A stretch of 18,372 nucleotides of DNA from Candidatus Krumholzibacteriia bacterium (GTDB lineage: Bacteria > Krumholzibacteriota > Krumholzibacteriia > WVZY01): assembly GCA_036478295.1 (NCBI GenBank), contig JAZGDW010000031.1:1-18372 (forward strand), written 5' to 3'. Under the pieces are notes generated by a model. The model did no database searches, was not told the DNA's origin, and saw only the letters and a list, made by a program, of their open reading frames with translations. Positions 9,447-15,963 of the stretch are shown piece by piece (position 1 is the stretch's first letter; each line of letters opens with the position of its first letter). The translations under genes were made by a program, and so were the position numbers.

Positions 9447-10454
9447 TTATTCTTCCTCGTTGTTACCGTTTCGCGAGAACGCGCTGATAATGCGCCTGAC
9501 CAGTCTGTGTCTCACGACGTCCTCTTCGCTCATGTACACGAACTCGATGCCGTCCACCGAAGAGAGGATGCCCTGGGCCTCGACCAGCCCCGATCTCGAA
9601 GGTGGGTCGAGGTCGATCTGCGTGACATCACCGTTTACGATCGCCTTCGCGTTGTCGCCGAGCCGTGTGAGAAACATCTTCATTTGCATCCTCGTCGTGT
9701 TCTGCGCTTCATCCAGAATGACATAGGCGTTGTTCAACGTGCGTCCCCGCATGTACGCCAGGGGCGCGATCTCGATCGTGCCGTTATCCTGCAACTTGGC
9801 CGTCCGCTCCGCCCCGAGCATATCATAGAGCGCGTCCAGAACCGGCCTCATATACGGGTCGAGCTTCGCCTGGAAATCCCCCGGGAGGAACCCCAGGCTT
9901 TCCCCCGCTTCGACGACCGGCCGCACCAGGATGATGCGGTCGATCTCCTTGCGCTTCAACGCCGCTACTGCGCTCGCGACAGCAAGATAGGTCTTGCCGG
10001 TGCCGGCCGGCCCGATGGCGAAGACGATGTCGTGCGCGGCGATCGCGTCCAGGTACTCCTTCTGGTGAAGCGACCTGGGACGGATCGACTGCCCGCTCTT
10101 CGTGACCACGGCCACGCCGGCGTCCACGTCCGCGTAGCGAGCGGCGCGGACCTCACCACCTCCACCCAACAGGTAGCGAAAATCCTGCTCCGTGATCACC
10201 TGCTTCCGCCCGGCGAGTTCGATCAGACCGCCGAAGAAGCTGGTCAGATCGTGAAGCTCCTTGTCGGTCCCCTGGAGGATGATTTCTTCCCCTCGCACGA
10301 CGACGTGTTCGGGGTACTTCTCCTCCAGAATCCGCAGGTTGCATTCGCGCTCGCCAAAAAGCTTCAGCGGATCGACTCCCTCGAACGAGAGCACGCGTTT
10401 CTTCGCCTTCACCCGCGACGACGCTGCCTTATTCTTGTTACCCTTCCTGGGCAT
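9447..10454 (-). CDS. phoH: PhoH-family ATPase (YbeZ-like)
   Basis: GPAGTGKTYLAV, RPVVEAGESLGFLPGD, EIAPLAYMRGRTL, ILDEAQN, GDVTQIDL, DVVRHRLV. Confidence 0.95.
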   Translation of the reverse strand: MPRKGNKNKAASSRVKAKKRVLSFEGVDPLKLFGERECNLRILEEKYPEHVVVRGEEIILQGTDKELHDLTSFFGGLIELAGRKQVITEQDFRYLLGGGGEVRAARYADVDAGVAVVTKSGQSIRPRSLHQKEYLDAIAAHDIVFAIGPAGTGKTYLAVASAVAALKRKEIDRIILVRPVVEAGESLGFLPGDFQAKLDPYMRPVLDALYDMLGAERTAKLQDNGTIEIAPLAYMRGRTLNNAYVILDEAQNTTRMQMKMFLTRLGDNAKAIVNGDVTQIDLDPPSRSGLVEAQGILSSVDGIEFVYMSEEDVVRHRLVRRIISAFSRNGNNEEE

Positions 10455-10494
10455 CGTACCGGAAAACGGTTTCTCCCTCCCGATCAGCAGTAAA

Positions 10495-10512
10495 GGGATT
10501 CCTCAGAATCCC
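10495..10512 (-). other. Perfect 7-bp hairpin in the phoH leader
   Basis: Minus strand GGGATTC-TGAG-GAATCCC followed by TTTA. Confidence 0.55.
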
Positions 10513-10534
10513 CAAGAAAATGCAAAACTCCTGG

Positions 10535-10555
10535 AAAAAAAACGACTTAGCCGTT
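10535..10555 (-). terminator. Weak intrinsic terminator/pause-like element in the phoH leader
   Basis: Minus strand AACGGC-TAA-GTCGTT (one G-U pair) running into a T8 tract. Confidence 0.3.
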
Positions 10556-10621
10556 CCCCAAGAGCATCCGGACTGGATATTGACTAGATTCTCATGCTCC
10601 TCTCCACTACCGCTTATACAA

Positions 10622-10650
10622 ATAATAGGCCAAATCATGGGGCCGTGCAA
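10622..10650 (-). promoter_or_regulatory. Sigma70-like promoter of the phoH operon
   Basis: Minus strand TTGCAC (10645-10650), 17 bp, TATTAT (10622-10627), with an AT-rich region upstream. Predicts a start near 10615 and a ~160-nt leader. Confidence 0.65.
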
Positions 10651-10807
10651 ACTTTCCAAGGTTCAATCTATGCAATCTATTTATATATAATGAGTTATGG
10701 TCACGTTATGCGATACGACCCAGGCGGCAACCCGGGTCTCCAGCCCTGAGAAAGGCCGACGAAGAGGCGCCTGGGCACCCTATTTTGAGAAAAAAATCGG
10801 GAGATGG

Positions 10808-11347
10808 TCAGTTGGTCGGCCAATCCCGGGGAATGACCAGCACGGTATCGGGGAAAATGTAGTAGGGATCCTCTATCTTGTCCTTGTTCGCCTCGAAGAT
10901 GCGCTCCCACTTGTCGATGTCGTTATAAATCTCGTCGCGCATGGCGATGCTGGTTAGTGACTCGCCCTCCTTGATGACCCACGCGGTCGGCAGGCTCTTG
11001 ACTTCTTCGATCATGTCGTTCAGCGAACGAATCTCCGCTTCCAACCGCCTCACATCAGTCTCCATGGGAATGATCCGCTGGCGGATCGACACGGTCTCGT
11101 CCGTGGCTTCCTGAATGGCGATGGTTTTCTCTTCGAAATCCTGCTGGGCCAGCAGCAACTCGCGCTCCAAATTGGCGCAGTAGCCGTTCTTTTGCCCGTC
11201 GGAGAGCAGCTCGTACTCGTCCTCTGAATAGTACTCGCCGTCGCGGACGTCGACCCGCCGCAAGTTGGCGCCGCCGCAGCCGATCGACAACAGCAGGGTA
11301 CCTACTGCCACCCCGGCTATGCTCGCAACGATCCGTCGCGCCTTCAT
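10808..11347 (-). CDS. Lipoprotein with coiled coil and C-terminal LysM domain
   Basis: Signal peptide MKARR...LLLSIG|C. Heptad-rich segment (NLERELLLAQQDFEEK...LEAEIRSLNDMIEEVKSL). LysM WVIKEGESLTSIA...IY...WERIFEANKDKIEDPYYIFPDTVLVIP. Confidence 0.85.
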   Translation of the reverse strand: MKARRIVASIAGVAVGTLLLSIGCGGANLRRVDVRDGEYYSEDEYELLSDGQKNGYCANLERELLLAQQDFEEKTIAIQEATDETVSIRQRIIPMETDVRRLEAEIRSLNDMIEEVKSLPTAWVIKEGESLTSIAMRDEIYNDIDKWERIFEANKDKIEDPYYIFPDTVLVIPRDWPTN

Positions 11348-11724
11348 CCGTCCTCCCTCTGGCTTTGGGGCTGCAGCTTGATCTGCTGGGCCTGGCTATC
11401 TACTTGCGGGGATTCCTCTTCCGGCTTGGGTTCGAGACGGCCGCTTGCCTTCTTCAACCGTTCCAGCTCCGCCCTTAACACCGGGGGCTCTGCCTGGCGA
11501 GCGGTCAACCGCTCCTGCCACGCGGCCAGATCGGCCCGTGCCTTCGCCCGCTTTTCCACGGCTTCGGACAGCTCGGTCTCCAGGTCGCGCGTATCGGATT
11601 TCGTTTCTTCGATGGCAATCGGCGACACGGTGCACACTCTGGGCGTGCTGCCGCACCCAAGAAAAGCAACCGGTGCGCCCAGGATGAAGGCGCGCGTGAC
11701 GATCCTTTGTATTGTTTTACCCAA
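11344..11724 (-). CDS. Hypothetical coiled-coil lipoprotein (126 aa)
   Basis: TTG at 11724 has AGGAG 8 nt upstream. MGKTIQRIVTRAFILGAPVAFLG|C resembles a lipoprotein signal and is followed by ~60 aa of heptad pattern. Its stop overlaps the next ATG (ATGA 11344-11347). The ORF-track start at 11781 is inside the promoter. Confidence 0.75.
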   Translation of the reverse strand: MGKTIQRIVTRAFILGAPVAFLGCGSTPRVCTVSPIAIEETKSDTRDLETELSEAVEKRAKARADLAAWQERLTARQAEPPVLRAELERLKKASGRLEPKPEEESPQVDSQAQQIKLQPQSQREDG

Positions 11725-11771
11725 CCGATAGACTCCTGTACTGCGGGGATTCGCTTTGTAAAGCGTTGAGT

Positions 11772-11800
11772 AAGTTAGCAATCGCGCCCTCGACTGTCAA
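11772..11800 (-). promoter_or_regulatory. Sigma70-like promoter of the lipoprotein pair
   Basis: Minus strand consensus TTGACA (11795-11800), 17 bp ending in TGC (extended -10 TGn), TAACTT (11772-11777). Confidence 0.7.
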
Positions 11801-11846
11801 GGGCCGATTTTCCCGTGCCGCCCGGCGCGCGGAATCGGGGACGGGA

Positions 11847-13634
11847 TCATTTCTTCTTCACGATCTGGATACCGAGGTCCGCCAGCTGTTCGGCGTCCAC
11901 CGGTGAGGGCGCATCGTCCATAAGCGAGGTTGCCTTTTGGGTCTTCGGAAATGCAATCACGTCGCGAATCGACTCGCCGCCGGTAAGGATCATGAGGATA
12001 CGGTCCAAGCCCGGCGCGATGCCGCCGTGCGGCGGGGCACCGTACTCGAGCGCGTCCAGCAGAAAGCCGAAGCGCCGCGCGGCATCTTCTCGTGTAATGC
12101 CGGCCGCCGCCATGATTCTCTCCTGCAGCTGCCGGTTGTGAACCCGGATGCTGCCCGAGGCCAGCTCGACGCCGTTGCACACCAGATCGTACAGGTGAGC
12201 GCGGACCTTGAGCGGGTCCGTCTCCAGCAGGGGCTGGTCCTCTTCGTACGGCATGGAAAAAAGATGATGCGATGCCGTAACGGACTGCCGTTCCTCGTCC
12301 CATTGGTAGAGCGGAAAATCGTTTATCCACACGAACTCGAAGCGGCCGTCGGTATCGAGCGGCACGTGCTTCGCCGCTTCCAGGCGAAGCGCGCCCAGAA
12401 TCATGGACACGGGCTCAGCCTCGCCGATGACGGCTATTAGCAGGTCACCGTCACTCATCCCACTCTGCTCGATCACGCGCTGAGCGACTTCGTCGCCGAC
12501 AATCTTCGCTATCGGTCCCTTCAGCCGTCCACCCTGGTGTTTCAGGTGGACCATTCCGCCGGCGCCCTTCGACTTCGCCAGCGCTTCGAACGTGTCGATG
12601 GTTTTCTTGGAAAGGCCCGCACCGCCCGGCACCACGAACCCACGCACCGACTCCCCGCGCGCAAAAGCATCACTCATAACCTTGAACGCCGTACCGTCGA
12701 ACGCCTCGTCGAGCGTCTGCAGTTCCATGCCGATCCGCAGGTCCGGCTTGTCGCTCCCAAAGCGGAGCATCGCCTGTTTGTATGAAAGAACGGGAAACGG
12801 GGTCTGCAGCTCGACTTCGCGACCGACGCGGAAAATCTCCGTCATCAGCCCCTCGACCAGCGCGAAGACATCCGGTTCTTTGACGAAACTCATCTCGATA
12901 TCGATCTGCGTGTGTTCCGGCTGGCGATCCGATCGCAGGTCCTCGTCGCGCATGCAGCGCGCGAGCTGGAAATAGCGGTCGAATCCGGCCACCATGAGGA
13001 TCTGCTTGTAGAGCTGGGGGCTTTGCGGTAGTGCGTAAAAGCTGCCCGGGTGCAGCCGGCTCGGCACCAGGTAGTCCCGGGCGCCCTCCGGGGTGCAACG
13101 CACGAGCATCGGTGTTTCGATTTCCAGGAACCCCCGCTCCGACAGGAAATTCCGGGTGGCGAGGATTACCCGGTGCCTGAGCGCCATGTTGTCCTGCATG
13201 GGGCGGCGCCGCAGGTCCAGGTACCGATACTTGAGCCTGAGGTCCTCACCGGCGTTGCAGTCGTCCGTTATGACGAATGGAGGTACTTTTGAATCGTTCA
13301 GCAGATACAGCTTGTCAACCGCCACCTCGATTTCACCCGTGGCCATGTCGTCGCGCGCCATGGCCTCGGGCCGCTTCTGCACGACACCCTTGCAGGCGAC
13401 GACGTCCTCCATATTGAGATCGCCCGAGACCTCGCCGAGGTCGCCGCGCTGCGGATCCACCAGCAGCTGGATCGTACCGTAGCGATCCCTCAGATCGATA
13501 AAGCGCAAGCCGCCCAGATTGCGCACCCGGGCCACCCACCCCATGAGATTTGTCGGTTTGCCTACGTCGCCCACGCCCAGGTCGGCGCAGGTGTGGGTTC
13601 GCGAAAACGGAATGACAAAATGCTCAATGTCCAT
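11847..13634 (-). CDS. aspS: Aspartate--tRNA ligase (bacterial type, with GAD domain)
   Basis: [103 protein letters not shown]. Confidence 0.98.
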   Translation of the reverse strand: MDIEHFVIPFSRTHTCADLGVGDVGKPTNLMGWVARVRNLGGLRFIDLRDRYGTIQLLVDPQRGDLGEVSGDLNMEDVVACKGVVQKRPEAMARDDMATGEIEVAVDKLYLLNDSKVPPFVITDDCNAGEDLRLKYRYLDLRRRPMQDNMALRHRVILATRNFLSERGFLEIETPMLVRCTPEGARDYLVPSRLHPGSFYALPQSPQLYKQILMVAGFDRYFQLARCMRDEDLRSDRQPEHTQIDIEMSFVKEPDVFALVEGLMTEIFRVGREVELQTPFPVLSYKQAMLRFGSDKPDLRIGMELQTLDEAFDGTAFKVMSDAFARGESVRGFVVPGGAGLSKKTIDTFEALAKSKGAGGMVHLKHQGGRLKGPIAKIVGDEVAQRVIEQSGMSDGDLLIAVIGEAEPVSMILGALRLEAAKHVPLDTDGRFEFVWINDFPLYQWDEERQSVTASHHLFSMPYEEDQPLLETDPLKVRAHLYDLVCNGVELASGSIRVHNRQLQERIMAAAGITREDAARRFGFLLDALEYGAPPHGGIAPGLDRILMILTGGESIRDVIAFPKTQKATSLMDDAPSPVDAEQLADLGIQIVKKK

Positions 13635-13637
13635 GCA

Positions 13638-14903
13638 CTACCGTCTTTTCAACTTGTCCAGGTTCTTCCCGGCATAGTCCGCAAGCCGCTCGTCCTCGAT
13701 TTCCACCTGCGTGCGACCGGCCATGTCCTTCCACTTTACGACTCCCGGCGAGGCACTCTCCACGATGACTGCGACTGCCACGCCGCTCTTTTCCGCGCCT
13801 TTCAGTTGTTTCTTCAGGCTCCGCGCGGTCACGTCCATTTCCACCCGCGCATACCGGCGCAGAACCGCCGCCACCTGCAGCGCGCGGCCGGCCGATACCT
13901 CGTCCACGCAGGCGACGTAGACGTCAGTGTGGGTCTCGGCGTTCGCCTCGTCGGTAATACCCTGCGGCAGGACACTGATGATGCGCTCGAGCCCTGCGCT
14001 AAATCCCACCGCCGGCGTGCTCGGGCCGCCACATTGCTCGACGAGATCGTCGTAACGACCGCCGCCGCACAGGGCGTTCTGGGCCCCTAGCGAGTCGTGC
14101 ACGATCTCAAACGCCGTCTTAGTGTAGTAATCGAGGCCGCGCACCAGCGTCGGATCGTGTTCGTTCGCCCGGCCGAGGGACTGCAGGTACGAGCGGACTT
14201 TTTCGAAATGCGCGCCGCACTCGTCACAAAGGTGGTCCGAAATCCGCGGCAGGTCGCCCGTCAGGCCAGTGCAGTGCTTGCAGTCGAACACGCGCATGGG
14301 GTTGCGCTTCGCCCGTTCCGCGCAATCGCTGCACAACTCGTCCTTGACCGCGCCGAGCGCTCTGCGCAAGATGACGCCGTACGCCGCCCGGCACACGCGG
14401 CATCCCACAGAGTTGATTCTCACATCGAGACCGCTGAAGCCCAGCCTCTCCAGACCGCTCATGACGACGTCGATCACCTCCACGTCGATCGAGGGATCCA
14501 GAGTGCCTATCGCCTCTACTCCAACCTGGTGGAACTGGCGGTAGCGGCCCGCCTGCGGGCGATCGTAGCGAAACATCGGGCCGATGTAGGAGACCCGTGT
14601 CGTCCCGGCCCGGCGGTGCATCCCGCTTTCAAGGTACGCCCGGATCACCGACGCGGTATTCTCGGGTCGCAACGTGAGGCTTCGCCCGCCGCGATCGGTA
14701 AAAGTGTACATTTCCTTGGAAACTATATCCGTTCCCTCACCCACCGAGCGCAAGAAAAGATCGGTCGATTCGAACACCGGCGTGCGCACCGGTTCGTAGC
14801 CGAAACTCTCGAAGGTCTCGTCGAAAACACTCTCCACGCGACGCCAGACAAAAACGTCGGGCGGCAATATGTCCTGGGTTCCCCTGGGGCGCGCGTACTT
14901 CAT
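13638..14903 (-). CDS. hisS: Histidine--tRNA ligase
   Basis: PRGTQDILP, KEMYTF, LRPENTA, FRYDRPQAGRYRQFHQ, LVRGLDYY, GGGRYDDL, GFSAGLER, plus a C-terminal anticodon-binding domain. Confidence 0.98.
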   Translation of the reverse strand: MKYARPRGTQDILPPDVFVWRRVESVFDETFESFGYEPVRTPVFESTDLFLRSVGEGTDIVSKEMYTFTDRGGRSLTLRPENTASVIRAYLESGMHRRAGTTRVSYIGPMFRYDRPQAGRYRQFHQVGVEAIGTLDPSIDVEVIDVVMSGLERLGFSGLDVRINSVGCRVCRAAYGVILRRALGAVKDELCSDCAERAKRNPMRVFDCKHCTGLTGDLPRISDHLCDECGAHFEKVRSYLQSLGRANEHDPTLVRGLDYYTKTAFEIVHDSLGAQNALCGGGRYDDLVEQCGGPSTPAVGFSAGLERIISVLPQGITDEANAETHTDVYVACVDEVSAGRALQVAAVLRRYARVEMDVTARSLKKQLKGAEKSGVAVAVIVESASPGVVKWKDMAGRTQVEIEDERLADYAGKNLDKLKRR

Positions 14904-14918
14904 AACCCGATACCTCTC

Positions 14919-15323
14919 TCAGCGCTTCTCGTCCGACCCAAGCCACGGCGCCAACGACTTGCGCGAGAGCGTCGCAAAAACGAAAACCCCGATGCCAGTG
15001 GCCGCTCCCAACATATCGGCGTACCAGTCGTACACGTCCATGTTCCGGCCGGGGACGTAACTCTGATAGAGTTCGTCGAGCGCGCCGACACTGGCACCGA
15101 CGGCGAGAAGAAACCCGAAGGTTACCAGCCGTGAACGGCTCACGCTAAAGCCTATTCTCTTGAACAAAAGCCCTCCCAGAATCGCGTACTCGACGATGTG
15201 GGCAAGCTTATCCTTGTAAGCGAACTTGGGACCCGGTGGCGTCAAACCGGGAATGGAGGAGGCTGTGAATATCAGTCCTACGTACAAGACAAGTGCAAAC
15301 AAACGCAATCGACTCTTGGTCAT
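14919..15323 (-). CDS. VanZ-like family membrane protein
   Basis: LIFTASSIPG, DKLAHIVEYAILG, GALDELYQSYVPGR...DWYADMLG. Confidence 0.88.
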   Translation of the reverse strand: MTKSRLRLFALVLYVGLIFTASSIPGLTPPGPKFAYKDKLAHIVEYAILGGLLFKRIGFSVSRSRLVTFGFLLAVGASVGALDELYQSYVPGRNMDVYDWYADMLGAATGIGVFVFATLSRKSLAPWLGSDEKR

Positions 15324-15411
15324 GTTCGTGCACTTGGCCTTCTCGTAAAATCAACCGGTGGGCACACCTTCGCCCGGTCCACCGCAAACTGTCACCGTTT
15401 AACTTGCGTGG

Positions 15412-15870
15412 TTAACGATCCCCGAATCGTCGAAAGATATCGAGAACGTCGCCGACGCTCTGCACGCTTCGTAGACTGTCGCGAAATTCCTCATGGTTGA
15501 GCAGACGCGATATCTTTGCGAGCACTTTGATGTGGTTCCTTCGACTCGCCTTCGGACCGAGGATGATAAAAAAAAGGTCCACTCCCTTGCCGTCCAACGC
15601 CGCGAAATCCACTCCGCCGCTCGTGCGATAGAACCCGGCAACCAGACGGTCCACCCCGTCCGTGTACGCATGCGGGATGGCCACGCCGTTTCCGATACCG
15701 GTACTCATCACCTTTTCGCGCTCGACAACATCCCTGAGCGCATGGTCCAGGTCCGTGATCATGCCCTTAGAATCAAGATCCTTCAATATGAGCTCGAGAA
15801 GCTCTTCCTTCCCCGCCACCTCGAGGTCCAGCAGGACCCGGTCCTCGTCGAATAATTCAGATAGTCTCAT
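15412..15870 (-). CDS. PTS EIIA component (Ntr/fructose-mannitol type, PtsN-like), stand-alone
   Basis: EREKVMSTGIGNGVAIPH (phospho-His), GVDFAALDGKGVDLFF, HIKVLAKISRLL. SD AAGGA. Confidence 0.92.
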   Translation of the reverse strand: MRLSELFDEDRVLLDLEVAGKEELLELILKDLDSKGMITDLDHALRDVVEREKVMSTGIGNGVAIPHAYTDGVDRLVAGFYRTSGGVDFAALDGKGVDLFFIILGPKASRRNHIKVLAKISRLLNHEEFRDSLRSVQSVGDVLDIFRRFGDR

Positions 15871-15912
15871 TGGTTTCCTTTGCTGAAGGCCTTCAAAGGG
15901 GCAATAAAGCTG

Positions 15913-15941
15913 AACCTATTTTCAAAAGCGTGCCGTGTCAA
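15913..15941 (-). promoter_or_regulatory. Sigma70-like promoter upstream of the EIIA gene
   Basis: Minus strand consensus TTGACA (15936-15941), 17 bp, TAGGTT (15913-15918). Confidence 0.65.
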
Positions 15942-15963
15942 GACCCTACCGCGTGAAAGCCTC

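Noticed and set aside
10618..10632. TGGCCTATTATTTGT as a sigma54 promoter
   Set aside because: It reads GG-N10-GT without the CAC core. The overlapping TTGCAC-17-TATTAT sigma70 reading fits better.
10438..10659. 73-aa minus-strand ORF spanning the phoH leader
   Set aside because: It begins upstream of the predicted promoter, has no SD and no recognisable protein features.
10716..10780. ZMP/ZTP riboswitch, suggested by GCCGCCTGGG
   Set aside because: The 5' half of the aptamer is not recognisable, the element lies upstream of the predicted promoter, and the downstream genes are not purine or folate genes.
11801..11846. Intrinsic terminator after aspS
   Set aside because: There are imperfect GC-rich inverted repeats (CCGATT/AATCGG, TCCCGT/ACGGGA) but no U-tract, so it cannot be called.
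14097..15134. Long plus-strand ORFs (345 aa here; also 7042-8034, 9507-10493, 4768-5484, 5519-6226, 16625-17329)
   Set aside because: They are antisense shadows of well-supported minus-strand genes, as expected in GC-rich DNA, and show no recognisable motifs.
14919..15323. Glycopeptide resistance locus because of the VanZ-like gene
   Set aside because: VanZ-like proteins are widespread and no other van genes are present.
15919..15935. CGGCACGCTTTTGA as a sigma54 -24/-12 promoter before the PtsN-like gene
   Set aside because: Spacing is one base short of GG-N10-GC and the GC is absent. The sequence is the spacer of a good sigma70 promoter.
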